Assembly (NCBI GenBank): GCA_021822165.1
Contig: JAKARM010000001.1
Coordinates: forward strand, 42,443 to 106,442
Source: Candidatus Micrarchaeota archaeon
Lineage (GTDB): Archaea; Micrarchaeota; Micrarchaeia; Micrarchaeales; Micrarchaeaceae
Direction: 5' to 3'
Length of the DNA stretch: 64,000 nucleotides
The notes beneath the pieces are model-generated. The model ran no database searches. It worked only from the letters and a program-made list of their open reading frames with translations, and was not told the origin of the DNA. Position numbers and translations under genes: made by a program. Positions 9,908 to 20,419 of the stretch are shown piece by piece (the stretch's first letter is position 1; each line of letters opens with the position of its first letter).

Positions 9908-11809
9908 ATGAGCGATGAGTATTCAGCGAAGGACATAACCATCCTTTCCGGCACGCAGGGGATACGGAAAAGGCCTGCCATGTATATCGGCTCTACTGGA
10001 AGCTCCGGTTTTATCCACCTGCTGTATGAGGTGCTGGACAACGCCGTCGACGAGGCGCTGGCTGGCTATTGCAAGAACATAACCATCAAATTGAGCACCG
10101 AGGATGGCGGAGACGTCGCGGAGGTAAGCGACGACGGGAGGGGGATCCCGGTCGACATGATACCAAAGGTGAACAAGCCCGCCCTGGAGGTATTGATGAC
10201 ATCCCTCCATTCCGGGGCGAAATTCGACAACAGCTCCTACAAGGTGGCAGGCGGGCTGCACGGAGTCGGGCTCACGGTTGTAAATGCCCTGTCGGAATAC
10301 ACGGTAGTCACGGTGAGAAAGAATGGGAAGGAATACAAGCAGGAATTCAGCAGGGGAATCCCGACGACACAGTTAGAGGTTATCGGGGAATCGGAAGGCA
10401 ACGGAACCACGATAAGATTCAAGCCCGACGCCCAGATATTCTCTTCGAAGAGTTTCGATACCTTGATACTGACAGAGAGGCTGAGATACCTTTCCTACCT
10501 GAACCCGGGGATAAGGATCGAGCTGGTGGATTCGAGAGAAGAGGAAGAGAAGAGGGCGGAATTCTTCTCGAAGGACGGGATATCCGGGTTCTTGGAATAC
10601 ATAAGGGGGGAAAGGAACCCGATAAGCAAACCGCTCCTGATGAAAGGGTTGCAGGACAGCGTGAGCGTTGCCATAACGATGCAGTATGTCCAAAGCTACA
10701 GCGAGGAGATAGTCTCGTTCGTGAACAACATAAAGACCCCATATGGAGGGACGCATGTAACAGGATTCCACAGCGCATTGACAAGGACGATATACAGCTA
10801 TATGCAGAAGAACCCAAAAACGCAGACAAAGGCGAACGTCGAGGGGGACGATACAAGGGAAGGGCTGCTATGCATAATATCCGTCCTGATGCCGAACCCT
10901 GAATTTGAGGGGCAGACCAAGGAGAAGCTCGGCAATACGCAGATAAAGAGCCTTGTGGAGAACCTTGTATACAAGGAGCTTTCCACATACCTGGAGGAGA
11001 ACCCGGCAGAGGCGGTAAAGATTGTCGGAAAAATAACCAACGCGGCAGATGCGAGGGAGGCTGCGAGAAGGGCGAAGGAACTTGCAAGGAACAAAAGCGC
11101 TTTCGAAGGATCGATACTCCCTGGCAAGCTGTCGGACTGCACCGACAGGGACCCGGAAAGGTCTGAGATATTCATAGTGGAGGGGGAAAGCGCCGCAGGG
11201 TCGAGCAAGCAGGCGAGGGACAGGATGTACCAAGCGATATTGCCGCTCAAGGGAAAGATACTCAACGTGGAAAAGGCGACAGACGAGAAGATATTCAGCA
11301 ATGCCGAACTGCATACGATGGTCGTCGCATTCGGCACAGGGATAAGAGAGACATTCAACCCGAACAAGCTTAGGTACGGGAAGGTCATATTCCTCACCGA
11401 TGCCGACGTTGACGGGAGCCATATAAAGACGCTTCTCCTCACGTTCTTCTACAGGTACCTCAAGCCCCTGATAGAGAAGGGAAATGTCTACATAGCGAAC
11501 CCCCCGCTCTACAAGATAACCAAAGGGAGGGAGGTCAAGTATGCCTACTCGGAAAGCGAGAAGGAAGGCATTCTGAAGGGGATGGAGGGCAAGATAGGTT
11601 TACAGAGGTACAAGGGGCTCGGGGAAATGAACCCGGAGCAGCTATGGGAGACGACGATGAACCCGGAAAACAGGGTATTGAGGCGGATTACGATCAAGGA
11701 TGCCGTCCTGGCAAACTCCATGTTCACAATACTGATGGGCAAGGACGTCAGTGAGAGGAGGAGGTTCCTAGAGGAACATTCGACGGAGGTAACCTTCCTT
11801 GATATATGA
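9908..11809 (+). CDS. gyrB: DNA gyrase subunit B
   Basis: GHKL ATPase motifs (LYEVLDNAVDE, GLHGVG), Toprim (EIFIVEGESAGGS, LTDADVDGSHI), QRYKGLGEMNPEQLWETTM C-terminus. Confidence 0.97.
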   Translation: MSDEYSAKDITILSGTQGIRKRPAMYIGSTGSSGFIHLLYEVLDNAVDEALAGYCKNITIKLSTEDGGDVAEVSDDGRGIPVDMIPKVNKPALEVLMTSLHSGAKFDNSSYKVAGGLHGVGLTVVNALSEYTVVTVRKNGKEYKQEFSRGIPTTQLEVIGESEGNGTTIRFKPDAQIFSSKSFDTLILTERLRYLSYLNPGIRIELVDSREEEEKRAEFFSKDGISGFLEYIRGERNPISKPLLMKGLQDSVSVAITMQYVQSYSEEIVSFVNNIKTPYGGTHVTGFHSALTRTIYSYMQKNPKTQTKANVEGDDTREGLLCIISVLMPNPEFEGQTKEKLGNTQIKSLVENLVYKELSTYLEENPAEAVKIVGKITNAADAREAARRAKELARNKSAFEGSILPGKLSDCTDRDPERSEIFIVEGESAAGSSKQARDRMYQAILPLKGKILNVEKATDEKIFSNAELHTMVVAFGTGIRETFNPNKLRYGKVIFLTDADVDGSHIKTLLLTFFYRYLKPLIEKGNVYIANPPLYKITKGREVKYAYSESEKEGILKGMEGKIGLQRYKGLGEMNPEQLWETTMNPENRVLRRITIKDAVLANSMFTILMGKDVSERRRFLEEHSTEVTFLDI

Positions 11810-11820
11810 AGTGAGAGGGT

Positions 11821-14217
11821 ATGGCGGATATTGGAGATACATCAATAGAAAAGGAGATGCAGGCCAGTTACATAGACTACGCCATGAGCGTGATAATCGG
11901 GAGGGCGCTTCCCGATGCAAGGGATGGGCTGAAGCCAGCGCAAAGGAGGATATTGTATGCAATGCACAAGCTGAACAACCACCACAACCAGCCGACCAAG
12001 AAAAGCGCAAGGATAGTCGGTGACGTGATAGGAAAATACCACCCCCACGGAGACATGGCCGTATACGAGGCGCTTGTCAGGATGGCGCAGACCTTCACAA
12101 TAAACTATCCGCTGGTGGAGGGGCAGGGGAACATGGGCTCCATAGACGGAGATCCGCCCGCGGCGCAGAGGTACACGGAGGTGAGGCTGAGGGCCCTTGC
12201 CGAGGAGATGCTTTCGGACATAGAGAAGAACTCGGTGGAGTTCGTGCCGAACTTCGACAATACCGAAGAGGAGCCGATAGTGCTCCCATCGAAGATACCG
12301 AACCTGATAATGAACGGGGCATCGGGCATAGCTGTCGGGGTTTCCACCAACATATTGCCGCACAACCTCAGGGAGGTATGCGATGCCGTGATAGCATACG
12401 TGGAGAAACCGGAGATAACCAACGAGGAGATGGCAGGGATAGTGAAGGGGCCGGATTTCCCGACAGGGGGGATCGTCTTCTATAACGATAGCCTTTTGAA
12501 ATCGTACATGAGCGGAAGAGGATCGGTCGTCATCAGGGGAAGGGCGGCGGTGGAGGAGGGCAAGCCGAAAAAGATAGTGATAACCGAGATCCCATACTAT
12601 GTGAATAAAGCCACACTTGTCGAAAAGATCGCCAACCTATCCAAAGAGAAGAAACTCCAGGGGCTGTCGGACCTGAGAGACGAAAGCGGCAAGGAAGGCA
12701 TCAGGATAGTTATAGAACTGAAGGGGGACGCAAACCCGGAGCAGATCCTCAATATGCTATATGCCCACACCCAGCTGCAGGTATCGATGCCTGTGATAAA
12801 CGTTGCCGTGATGGGGAACAACCTCCTGACGCTTACGCTTAGGGACATGATAAAGGTCTTTGTTGACTACAGGGTGCAGATAATAAAGAAAAGGACGAGA
12901 TTCGACCTGGAAGTCGCCTCCGACAGGATGCATATCGTAGAGGGATTGAACGTGGCGGTAAAGGACATCGACAGGACGGTCGGAATAATAAAAGGCAGCA
13001 AGGATCCGAGAACCGCATCGGAAGCGCTTATCAGGGAATACGGGATATCCGACAAGCAGTCCAACGCGGTGTTGGAGATGAAGTTAAGCAGGCTAACTTC
13101 GATAAACGTGGAGGAGCTTGCCAAAGAACGCGAGGAGCTCAAGGCCAAGATATTGGAATTCAACAGGATACTTTCGAATGAAAGCGCTGTCTATGAGGTG
13201 ATCAAGCAGGAAACGGGAGGAATAAAGGAAAAGTACGGGATAGATAGAAGGACAGAGATAGATTACGGGACCCTTTTCAAGAACGTCATCGACGAGGACC
13301 TCATAACCGACAAGGAAAGCATCGTGATACTCACCAGCAGGGGGTACATAAAGAGGATACCCGCCGCGGAATACAGAACGCAGGGCAGGGGCGGAAGGGG
13401 CGTGATTTCGATCGAGCTGAAAGACAACGATTTCGTAGAGCAGATAATATCATGCATGTCGAAGGACTATCTCCTCCTGATATCCAATACAGGAAAGGCG
13501 TTCTGGCTAAAGGCATACCAGATAGCCGAAAGTGGAAGATACAGCGGGGCAACGGCGGCGGTGAACATGCTCAAGCTCCAGGAAGGGGAGAAGATCACAA
13601 ACATAATAAACACAAGGTCGTTCAAGGAAAGCTTCCTGGTATTTATCACGAGAAGGGGGAGGGTGAAGAGGGTGAATGCCGAGAGGTTTTCGAAACCTAG
13701 ATCCAGCGGGATACGCGCGATACCGATACCCGAAGGGGACGAGCTGGTGGAGGTCTGCATCTCGAAAGGCAACTCGGAACTCCTTATAGCCACGGCATCA
13801 GGAAAGGCCCTGAGGTTCGGTGAAGAGGACATAAGGGCGACCGGACGGCAGGCGGCAGGGGTAAGAGGGATAAGGCTCAGGGAAGGCGACGAAGTCGCAA
13901 CCATACTGGCAGCGGGGAAGGAAAGCGTAATAATATCCATAACCAAGAGGGGTTTCGGGAAGGTGACGGAAATCCAGAGATACAGGCTCCAGAGGAGAGG
14001 GGGGAAGGGCGTAATAAACATGAAGCTCAAGGAGGGAGATAAGGTGATAAAATCTGTCGATGGCACCGGCCACGAGAACCTGATGCTGATAAACTCGAAG
14101 GGAATATCCATAGAGATACCGATATCTTCCATAAGGACGACAGGAAGGGGGGCGTCAGGGGTGAGGCTCATGAAGCTCGATGCAGGCACAGAGATAGTCG
14201 ATGCGAAAGGGACATGA
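11821..14217 (+). CDS. gyrA: DNA gyrase subunit A
   Basis: [28 protein letters not shown], catalytic AAQRYTE, C-terminal beta-pinwheel repeats with GRGGRGV-type GyrA box. Confidence 0.97.
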   Translation: MADIGDTSIEKEMQASYIDYAMSVIIGRALPDARDGLKPAQRRILYAMHKLNNHHNQPTKKSARIVGDVIGKYHPHGDMAVYEALVRMAQTFTINYPLVEGQGNMGSIDGDPPAAQRYTEVRLRALAEEMLSDIEKNSVEFVPNFDNTEEEPIVLPSKIPNLIMNGASGIAVGVSTNILPHNLREVCDAVIAYVEKPEITNEEMAGIVKGPDFPTGGIVFYNDSLLKSYMSGRGSVVIRGRAAVEEGKPKKIVITEIPYYVNKATLVEKIANLSKEKKLQGLSDLRDESGKEGIRIVIELKGDANPEQILNMLYAHTQLQVSMPVINVAVMGNNLLTLTLRDMIKVFVDYRVQIIKKRTRFDLEVASDRMHIVEGLNVAVKDIDRTVGIIKGSKDPRTASEALIREYGISDKQSNAVLEMKLSRLTSINVEELAKEREELKAKILEFNRILSNESAVYEVIKQETGGIKEKYGIDRRTEIDYGTLFKNVIDEDLITDKESIVILTSRGYIKRIPAAEYRTQGRGGRGVISIELKDNDFVEQIISCMSKDYLLLISNTGKAFWLKAYQIAESGRYSGATAAVNMLKLQEGEKITNIINTRSFKESFLVFITRRGRVKRVNAERFSKPRSSGIRAIPIPEGDELVEVCISKGNSELLIATASGKALRFGEEDIRATGRQAAGVRGIRLREGDEVATILAAGKESVIISITKRGFGKVTEIQRYRLQRRGGKGVINMKLKEGDKVIKSVDGTGHENLMLINSKGISIEIPISSIRTTGRGASGVRLMKLDAGTEIVDAKGT

Positions 14218-14221
14218 TACC

Positions 14222-15079
14222 ATGAAATCCCAAACGGCAATGGAATACCTTATCACATACGGATGGGCCATATTGATAATATCGGTGGTTATCGCGGCCC
14301 TCTTCATGCTGAACGTATTCAACCCCGCGACCTTTTCGCAAAAGGCTGCTCCGGGCTCGTGCAGCGTATATAGACCGGACGGGGCCGGAACGGTATTCGA
14401 CATAAGCACCGTCGGCACATGCACAAATGAAATACCGCAATATGTTGCCAGTTTTGATGGACAAACTAGCAATATTACGATAGGCCAACCCGTAATCGTT
14501 GGAAAGTCATCGGTAACATATGCATTATGGATATATCCATCCAACGTACCGTCCGGCACAGCGACAGTGGCAACAACCGAACCATATAATCTGGCACAGG
14601 GAGAATCTATGAATATAAACCAGCCAGGAGGAATGAATGTAAATTACTGGGTCAACATAGGAGGGACATGGTATTCGGCGGAATGCTGCAATCTTAAATT
14701 AAATCAATGGTACTTTATAGCCGGAACATATAATGGCAATAACATAAGCGTTTATGTAGATGGTGTCTCGGAAAACAGCATAGCGCTAACAGGGAATATA
14801 ACACAACCGACAGGATATGGATATATAGGCAGTTTTGGTCCGATAAACCATTTCCCTGGAGAGATAGCAAATGTCCAAATCTATAATAGCGCTCTTCCGG
14901 AAAGCGAGATAGAAGATCTGTATAAGAATGGCATAGGGGGCGATCCGATAGACATCAAAAACCTTGTTGGATGGTGGCAGCTTGACGGGAATGCGAACGA
15001 CTATGGAGGAAACGGGTATAACGGAACTGGGCAGGGGGTCACATACATAAGCAACTGGGAAAATAGCTATAGCACCTGA
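14222..15079 (+). CDS. Archaeal type IV pilin-like protein (class III signal peptide) with LamG/concanavalin-like lectin domain
   Basis: MKS-QTAMEYLITYGWAILIISVVIAALF N-terminus (K-S|Q cleavage context, Glu at +5, hydrophobic helix); C-terminal WYFIAGTYNGNNISVYVDG ... ANVQIYNSALPESEI resembles LamG; ATG 14222 preferred over 14201, which overlaps gyrA. Confidence 0.7.
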   Translation: MKSQTAMEYLITYGWAILIISVVIAALFMLNVFNPATFSQKAAPGSCSVYRPDGAGTVFDISTVGTCTNEIPQYVASFDGQTSNITIGQPVIVGKSSVTYALWIYPSNVPSGTATVATTEPYNLAQGESMNINQPGGMNVNYWVNIGGTWYSAECCNLKLNQWYFIAGTYNGNNISVYVDGVSENSIALTGNITQPTGYGYIGSFGPINHFPGEIANVQIYNSALPESEIEDLYKNGIGGDPIDIKNLVGWWQLDGNANDYGGNGYNGTGQGVTYISNWENSYST

Positions 15080-15103
15080 CAAAGTATGGAAAGGCTCGTT
15101 GGT

Positions 15104-17086
15104 CTACTTCTTGCTTTTTTTCCTTGTTCTTCGGACTACAAACCAAGAGAAGGATACCAAGATTACCATTAGGGCAATGATCGCCGCGATGCTGTAAGGA
15201 TCTACCAATGTCACAACTGGGTTTGTCCCATGTTGGGCTGCCAGTGATTGGGATACACCACCGTATTTCACATCTCCTGAAAGATACCCATAAGGCACAT
15301 TATGCAGTGTTAATTTCCCGCTGCTGTTGAGTTTTGCGGATATGGAGGTCCCGTTATAGAAGGTTATGTTTGCGGTCGCGGCCAATGGATATCCGAGCAG
15401 GTCTTTTACGGATATGTTGATGTTGTAAACAGGCAATTTCACCACGACCGTGGAGGGGGCAGATGCATTAAACGTTATATGGCTGGGCAGTGTGACATTC
15501 TTAAAGTATACATAGGTCAGGGAATAGTTCTTCCCGGAAGGAAGGTAAGCGTTTTCTGGAAGGGTCAGGTTGCTGACTCCGAACAAGCTCGCATTGATTG
15601 GTTCCCCATAATCGTTCTCGGCGGCGAAATGGATGAGGTTTTCCTTGTTATAAACTGCCATTATAGATATCGGGCTGCTGGCTTCCAGATGCATGCTCGC
15701 ATTCCTGTTACCGTTGCTCCACGATCCGAAAACATATCTTGTCCTGTTCCCGACATATACAATGGATGGGGAAACGGTAAGGTTTACTACAGATCCGGAA
15801 TCATGCCATCCGGAACCGCTTATGGTGCCATGGCTCGATGTCGCGTTTACGAGATACTGCATAATCCAGTCTGCAGAGAGATTGAGTGGCCGGTCCATCA
15901 GGATCGACTCCGTGCCGGAATGCATACCATTACTCCATCCGCCGAAGACCATGCGGCTTCCACGGCCCATAGAGATATTAGAAGTGTTAGTGGCAACTAT
16001 CGCCGTGGCGTTGGCGTCGTACCATCCGCCGCCGCTAACTGCAGTATAGTTAGAGCTCGCATTAAGATAGTACTGCCTCTGCCATACCGCGGTCTCGGTT
16101 ATGTTCGAATACATGTCAATTTCCGCCGATGGAGCATTCCCGGTATAGGAACCTTGCCCGGTGCCATCCCACCCTAAAAAGAGAGCCCTTGCGCCGTCAC
16201 CGATGGACACGTTGGCAGGGGCCGTGATATTCTCGGATGAATCTGCAAAATACTGGTTAGAGGAATTAATGGCCCCGTAGGGGGAGACTATATTGAGCAT
16301 GTATCCGAGGGTCCACAGCTGGCTGTTGTTTTGGGCGGATGCAACTCCGGAGCCGACCATAAAAGACGCAACCGCATTATCTATTTCCTTGACGCCATAA
16401 GGGTTGGGTAGCGAGGTTTGGCTGCCCTTCCCATAACCCACATAAGCGTAGGCTTTCGGAAGGAGTTCGAAGCTGCCGGATTGATAAAACTTAAAATTAT
16501 TGAACCGTACGGTATTCATCAGGGCGTCATTGTTGTTGGTGTCGGCATACTCCCCGAAGGCGACAGGGGAATAAGAACCCGACGTGGAAGTCCCCATATT
16601 CACGCTCCCTATCGAAACGTTGTCCATATAGAAATTCCAGACATTGCCATTAGACAGGAAAGAATACGAATTGAAGCCGCCGTTCGGCCCTATAGAATCG
16701 TTGCCCCCTATATTCCCAAGGAAATTCCCGCCAGTGTAGCCGTTAGGGAAATATTCCCAAAACCATGTAGGTATCCCTTTCTGGAGATACTTGCTGCCTG
16801 TACATCCCGACTCCGTGCAGTTTGATTTGATCATCCCCGTCGAGTTGGGTATGAAATACCCGACCTGTATAAACCCGCCATTAGAGAGGTCTTCGCCGAG
16901 CCAGAACCCCATGGACCCGTTAGTCGCATTCTGTGGGAAGACGGTCTGGATTGATACCATCGCCCCCGTATTGTATGCGGAGGAAGAAGACCCTCTTGCG
17001 CCGGATTGAAACCAGTACTGTGAAGACGCAAGGGTAGAAAACACAACCAAAGCCATCATTAGGTAGATGGAGCGGGTCTTAAACAT
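15104..17086 (-). CDS. Large cell-surface (glyco)protein, signal peptide + C-terminal TM anchor, internal G-x-G-W-[YH]-D repeats
   Basis: N-terminal signal (MMALVVFSTLASS), C-terminal hydrophobic helix followed by RRTRKKSKK, more than 25 N-x-S/T sequons, 2-3 tandem repeats of about 65 aa (SGGGWYDANAT...VFGGWSNG / SGSGWHDSGS...VFGSWSNG). Confidence 0.6.
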   Translation of the reverse strand: MFKTRSIYLMMALVVFSTLASSQYWFQSGARGSSSSAYNTGAMVSIQTVFPQNATNGSMGFWLGEDLSNGGFIQVGYFIPNSTGMIKSNCTESGCTGSKYLQKGIPTWFWEYFPNGYTGGNFLGNIGGNDSIGPNGGFNSYSFLSNGNVWNFYMDNVSIGSVNMGTSTSGSYSPVAFGEYADTNNNDALMNTVRFNNFKFYQSGSFELLPKAYAYVGYGKGSQTSLPNPYGVKEIDNAVASFMVGSGVASAQNNSQLWTLGYMLNIVSPYGAINSSNQYFADSSENITAPANVSIGDGARALFLGWDGTGQGSYTGNAPSAEIDMYSNITETAVWQRQYYLNASSNYTAVSGGGWYDANATAIVATNTSNISMGRGSRMVFGGWSNGMHSGTESILMDRPLNLSADWIMQYLVNATSSHGTISGSGWHDSGSVVNLTVSPSIVYVGNRTRYVFGSWSNGNRNASMHLEASSPISIMAVYNKENLIHFAAENDYGEPINASLFGVSNLTLPENAYLPSGKNYSLTYVYFKNVTLPSHITFNASAPSTVVVKLPVYNINISVKDLLGYPLAATANITFYNGTSISAKLNSSGKLTLHNVPYGYLSGDVKYGGVSQSLAAQHGTNPVVTLVDPYSIAAIIALMVILVSFSWFVVRRTRKKSKK

Positions 17087-17258
17087 AATCTATACCGATC
17101 GGAGTGCAAAAGAAATGCATCCATTGCTTTTCACCATATAAAACAATAAATACCTAATGTTCCAAGTTCGTACATCTATGTTTGTTTTAGCAAACCAAAA
17201 CATCCGCAGATCCGTTATTTTATAATGTCAGGAGAGGTGAAGGTTTTTTATAACTATA

Positions 17259-17921
17259 ATGAGAGAACGCCTTGGTGATTATATAAAGTGTATAAAAGAG
17301 GCCCAACAGGCGGTCAGGACCATACTCCACCCGAATAAGTATACGGGGAAAAAAATGACCGTCTCAGAAACATTGAGTTTCTATTACAAGGTAGGAGGAA
17401 TGTCGTTTGTCCTTGCTGCCGTTGTTGAACTCGCAGTATACTGGTTTGGGGGCGGCGCAACAAAAATAAGCGGCGTATTAGGGTTATACACCCGGCTGTT
17501 CGGATTCGGGCTGCCAGAACCATTTGCAAATATAGTGATGACTGCGATAGTATTACTGGTTATAGCTCCACTTTCGTTCTTCATAAACTCGGCGATATAT
17601 CAATTCGTATGCAAGGACATATTCGGCATATGGAAAGGGAATTACTCAAGGACATTTACAGCTAGCGTGTTTTCGTATCTGCCAATTGCGCTCCTCTTTT
17701 GGGGGCTTATGCTCCCTTACGTGCATCCATTATTCATGGTTGCGGCTGTCATATGGTCCCTAATAGTGCTCTTGATATCGCTTTCAAACCAGCAGAACAT
17801 AAGCGTACTTAAAGCAGCCGGGGCTGTATTGCTGACAGCGCTGTCGGTGATGGTAGTGATCATGATGCTGGGATTTGCGATCGGTCTGGCCTTGAGGCAC
17901 CTCGTACCTGCCATCATCTAG
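17259..17921 (+). CDS. Integral membrane protein (possibly Yip1-like), function unknown
   Basis: Soluble N-terminal segment of about 40 aa followed by 5 hydrophobic helices; no catalytic motif recognised. Confidence 0.45.
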   Translation: MRERLGDYIKCIKEAQQAVRTILHPNKYTGKKMTVSETLSFYYKVGGMSFVLAAVVELAVYWFGGGATKISGVLGLYTRLFGFGLPEPFANIVMTAIVLLVIAPLSFFINSAIYQFVCKDIFGIWKGNYSRTFTASVFSYLPIALLFWGLMLPYVHPLFMVAAVIWSLIVLLISLSNQQNISVLKAAGAVLLTALSVMVVIMMLGFAIGLALRHLVPAII

Positions 17922-17997
17922 CGCCAATCCTGAAATACTGGAAATGGAGAAGAAAGAGGGTTTATTAAGGAATGCCAGTTAAAATGGAGTGATTGGA

Positions 17998-18357
17998 ATG
18001 CTTTACGACTATGTTGCCCTTGTGTTTTTTGGGATTGTGTCCATCCTGTTTCCGCTATCCATAGTGCTCACATCGATGTCGATAAGGAAAAGGAAGGAGG
18101 GAAACAGCGTAAAGAGCGCCCCATATGAAAGCGGGGAAGAAAGCATAGGGGAAGGCAGGATCGTCGATACAGAATACCTACCTTTCATGATGCTATTCCT
18201 GCCGCTGGAGGTGGTGTCCATACTCATTCTTATGTGGTCAGAATACGCCTATGAGACCCCGTACGCATATGGGGTTGCCGTTGTTGGGCTGCTAGGGATT
18301 TCTGCGCTGTTTTCCGCTGTTGGATACAAAGTAATTGGCGATAATCATGGAACATGA
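17998..18357 (+). CDS. nuoA: NADH:quinone oxidoreductase (complex I-like) subunit A
   Basis: 3 TM helices, APYESGEE and EYLPFMMLFLPLEVV motifs; ATG 17998 preceded by GGAGTGA; ORF track start 17989 is GTG. Confidence 0.85.
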   Translation: MLYDYVALVFFGIVSILFPLSIVLTSMSIRKRKEGNSVKSAPYESGEESIGEGRIVDTEYLPFMMLFLPLEVVSILILMWSEYAYETPYAYGVAVVGLLGISALFSAVGYKVIGDNHGT

Positions 18358-18949
18358 ACAGGATGAGAGATTGCCCAACGCGGAAGAGGAGATGACCAGG
18401 ATAATGGAGGAGGCGTCCAAAAAGTACAAGGTAGAAAACAACGTGATGTTCGCAAAGCTTAGCGACGTAATCGGCCATATGTCGAAAGACGTTGTTAAAT
18501 GGAGCAGGGAAAAATCGTTATGGCCGATGCAGTTCGGTCTTGCATGCTGCGCCATGGAGATGATGGCTTTTGGATCCCCGAGGATTGACGGGGAAAGGAA
18601 GGGCTACCTTATGTTCAGGGGAACCCCGCGGCAATGCGACGTGATGATTGTCGCCGGATGGGTGACGAAGTCGATGATCCCAAGGATAAAGCGCCTTTAC
18701 GAACAGATGCCGGATCCGAAGTACGTGATAGCGTATGGGGAATGCGCGACATCGGGGGGGCCGTGGTGGGAAAGCTATAACATCATACAGGGAATCGACC
18801 AGGTCATCCCGGTCGACGTATACGCAATCGGGTGCCCGCCGAAGCCGGAAAACCTGTTCGCGGCATTCATAAAATTGCAGGATAAGATTGGTGGTAGAAG
18901 TGCGGGAGATACAAAAAGAACACTTAGCCCAGGAATGTGGAAACATTAA
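18347..18949 (+). CDS. nuoB: Complex I-like subunit B (N2 Fe-S subunit)
   Basis: WPMQFGLACCAMEMM, GECATSGGPW, GCPPKPE cluster-ligand motifs; ATG 18347 overlaps the nuoA end by 11 nt. Confidence 0.92.
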   Translation: MEHEQDERLPNAEEEMTRIMEEASKKYKVENNVMFAKLSDVIGHMSKDVVKWSREKSLWPMQFGLACCAMEMMAFGSPRIDGERKGYLMFRGTPRQCDVMIVAGWVTKSMIPRIKRLYEQMPDPKYVIAYGECATSGGPWWESYNIIQGIDQVIPVDVYAIGCPPKPENLFAAFIKLQDKIGGRSAGDTKRTLSPGMWKH

Positions 18950-19274
18950 GGCAAAGGGGTTCGATTATTTAAAAAAGATAACTGCAGTTGACTATGCTAC
19001 ATACCTGGAGGTAGTATACATAACGTACAATACGGAAACGAAGGCGCAGGAGCTTTTTTCAATCAAACTGCCGATAGACAATCCGGAGATCACAACAATC
19101 ACCCACATATATCCTGCTGCGGATTGGTATGAAAGGGAGATGTCGGAGATGTTCGGGATAAAGATTATCGGCGGAAATGGCGAAAGGCTCCTTCTTGAGG
19201 AGTGGAACGGGACAGATCCGCCGTTGAGGAAAAGCTTTGCATGGGGCAAGGAGTATAAAAGGCGCGAGATATGA
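18888..19274 (+). CDS. nuoC: Complex I-like subunit C (short, 128 aa)
   Basis: ITAVDY ... AADWYEREMSEMFGI ... motifs; listed start overlaps nuoB by 62 nt, so the true start is uncertain. Confidence 0.8.
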   Translation: MVVEVREIQKEHLAQECGNIKAKGFDYLKKITAVDYATYLEVVYITYNTETKAQELFSIKLPIDNPEITTITHIYPAADWYEREMSEMFGIKIIGGNGERLLLEEWNGTDPPLRKSFAWGKEYKRREI

Positions 19275-20365
19275 CGATAATGAGGATAAACGTCGGCCCA
19301 ATACATCCCAGCACCCACGGGGTTCTCAAGCTGGTAGTCGATGTCGACGGAGACAGGATCGAGAACATAACCCCGAAGATAGGCTTCCTCCACAGAGGGG
19401 TGGAGAAACTGATGGAAACGAGATCGTACATGCAGAACCCGGTGTATACGGAAAAGCTCGATTATATTGCGCCGCTCGCATGGGACGAGCTCTATGTATC
19501 GGCGGTTGAGGTTGCCTTGGGAAAGGAGGTGAAGGAAGCAGCACAGTATGCGCGGGTTATCCTGCTTGAATTCCAGAGAATTGCAAGCCACCTGTTGTGG
19601 CTTGGGACATTTGCAAACGATCTCGGGCAGCTTTTTACCTCGTTTATGTGGGCATTCAGGGAGAGGGATATCGTAATAAGGTTCCTTGAGGACATATCTG
19701 GGAGCAGGATGTTCTACGTCAATATGAGAGTTGGCGGGTTGGATAAGCAGCTCCCGGCAGACTTCAGGGAAAGGGCATACGGCATTGCCGACTACATAGA
19801 GGAAAAAGTCCTCCAGTACCCGGACATGCTGGATTCGAATAGCGTATTCATGGAAAGGACAAGGGGTGTGGGAATCATAACAAGGGATAATGCAATAGGG
19901 CTAGGGGTGGCAGGGCCTGTGCTGAGGGCATCGGGTGTGGAAGAGGACGTAAGGAAATCTGCACCATACTACATATATGACAAGATTAGTTTTAGAACTC
20001 CGGTGAGGTCGGAAGGGGACAGTTATGCCAGATATAGGATAAGATACGAGGAGATAATCGAAAGTATAAACATAATAAGGCAGGCGCTCGATTCGATGCC
20101 AGATGGCGATATGACGGGACTCCCGTTAAAACTTATAGGCCCTGCGGCAAAACCTGAAACCGTAGTGGTAAGCAGGGAACTGCCGAGAGGGGAGGGACTG
20201 ATATATATGGTGCCGGACAAGCAGAAGCCGTATAGGGTATCGCTTCGGTCCCCGGCATTCATAAATCTCGCTGCGTTGTCGCATGCGGCAAAGGGGCTGA
20301 AATTTGCAGACCTTTTCGCAGTATTAGGCAGTTTGGACGTAGTGATGGCTGAGATAGACAGGTAG
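19271..20365 (+). CDS. nuoD: Complex I-like subunit D
   Basis: INVGPIHPSTHGVLKL, FLHRGVEKL, EGLIYMV ... LRSPAFINL, DVVMAEIDR motifs; ATGA overlap with nuoC. Confidence 0.92.
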   Translation: MTIMRINVGPIHPSTHGVLKLVVDVDGDRIENITPKIGFLHRGVEKLMETRSYMQNPVYTEKLDYIAPLAWDELYVSAVEVALGKEVKEAAQYARVILLEFQRIASHLLWLGTFANDLGQLFTSFMWAFRERDIVIRFLEDISGSRMFYVNMRVGGLDKQLPADFRERAYGIADYIEEKVLQYPDMLDSNSVFMERTRGVGIITRDNAIGLGVAGPVLRASGVEEDVRKSAPYYIYDKISFRTPVRSEGDSYARYRIRYEEIIESINIIRQALDSMPDGDMTGLPLKLIGPAAKPETVVVSRELPRGEGLIYMVPDKQKPYRVSLRSPAFINLAALSHAAKGLKFADLFAVLGSLDVVMAEIDR

Positions 20366-20382
20366 GGGACGGGGCGCAAACA

Positions 20383-20392
20383 TTATAAAATA
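20383..20392 (+). promoter_or_regulatory. TATA-box-like element upstream of the prefoldin gene
   Basis: TTATAAAATA located 28-37 nt upstream of ATG 20420, right after the nuoD stop; implies prefoldin has its own promoter. Confidence 0.4.
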
Positions 20393-20419
20393 AGGCGGAC
20401 AATAGGTATAGATGATGGC

